Of a stretch of 64,000 nt of DNA, positions 62,991-64,000 are shown piece by piece. Within the stretch, counting starts at the first letter, position 1, and the number at the start of each line of letters is the position of its first letter. Source of the stretch: Veleropilina oligotropha (lineage: Eukaryota); assembly GCA_048128005.1 (NCBI GenBank), contig JBEUKZ010000023.1, positions 186,001 to 250,000 of the forward strand. The letters are read 5' to 3'. Below the pieces are notes generated by a model. That model made no database searches and was not told the origin of the DNA. It was given only the letters and a program-made list of their open reading frames with translations. The position numbers were made by a program, and so were the translations under genes.

Positions 62991-63927
62991 GTACACCGAT
63001 CGATAACAGACATATCGGGAGAATATGCGATAATTTAAAAACATAGCTTTATTCAAATAATTACTTAAGAGTTAAAATAACAAATTAAAAACTGAATATT
63101 CACGAGAATTACGAAGTTGATTAATTATTACTCCATTATTCGTTTTATGCCAATATGACCATGATAACACCACAAAACAATTCAATTAGCCAATTTACCT
63201 TATATAATGCATTTTAAGAGTGTCATTCCTTTATAAAATCAAGTATTGTTCGAATAGGTCAAGATAAACAACATCGCACGCAACACGTGTCTACTAATAT
63301 CTCAATATTTTTTCAGCTCCCAATTTCGCGTGCAGAAACAAAATCTGTTCGCTCTGATTGGCTAAAAATGAGGCGTATCAGATAAGTTGCTAAAACGGTC
63401 ATCGACACAAAGGATAATTTGCATTCGAATCTGAAATGTACTTGTTTTCGCATACTATTAATTTATTGCTATGAAAACATTTAATCTCACGACAAACTTT
63501 GAAAGAAAAGGTGTTTATGTTATCGCAAGTCGCGACGACCAGCGTGTCGTGATTAGGCTACTTGAACTTGAAAGACGATCCCATTTTGACCTGGGGGTGT
63601 TAGCGTTTAATGCTAATTATTATATGATTGAAACAATCAGATATCGCTTCAACATAATTCAAATTTTATATTCCATTGGTACTTTTTAAAATGAATCTAT
63701 TTTGGTACTTGGTTGACTAGGCCTATTTATTTGCTGCAGTATGTCCTATTTCAAGTACGACTTGTTTCCCCATTGTTCATTTCACTTGTGTCAAATGTAA
63801 TGTCGGGCAGTGTCTGGCTCGGTAAAATTAGTCAATTAGCATTGATGTAGTAAACACATGTTAGCTATATATAGTTGTATACATATAGTCTTTGAATTCA
63901 TGTGTTAATATTATAATACAAGTAGCT

Positions 63928-63932
<5 letters not shown>

Positions 63933-64000
<68 letters not shown>
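63933..64000. repeat. (TA)n microsatellite running off the window
   Basis: Pure TA run. Confidence 0.98.

Overview
AT-rich, repeat-dense eukaryotic DNA. The repeat families look like those of molluscs or other lophotrochozoans (inference), and the window is probably intronic or intergenic. The main feature is an apparently intact, recently inserted DIRS1-type tyrosine-recombinase retrotransposon on the minus strand (26092-33576, 7485 bp). It has identical 203-bp inverted terminal repeats, an internal complementary region (ICR) that reproduces the circle junction around ATAT, a Gag-like ORF, an RT/RNase H/Dam-like methyltransferase ORF and a tyrosine recombinase ORF. The Gag and recombinase frames are in phase and separated by a single UAG. 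The RT ORF lies in the +1 frame and has no ATG upstream of its RT core. The rest of the window holds at least six copies of a tRNA-derived SINE (four with exact target-site duplications), many Helentron-associated (HINE/pearl-like) elements with 146-170 bp internal tandem arrays that are often nested, PIF/Harbinger and hAT-like MITEs with 3-, 5- and 6-bp TSDs, foldback palindromes, a Tc1 remnant and mini/microsatellites. Host exons are only weak candidates. I see no prokaryotic features and no CRISPR array. I cannot support a wholly new system; the most interesting points are details of DIRS expression and replication and the recorded history of the repeats.
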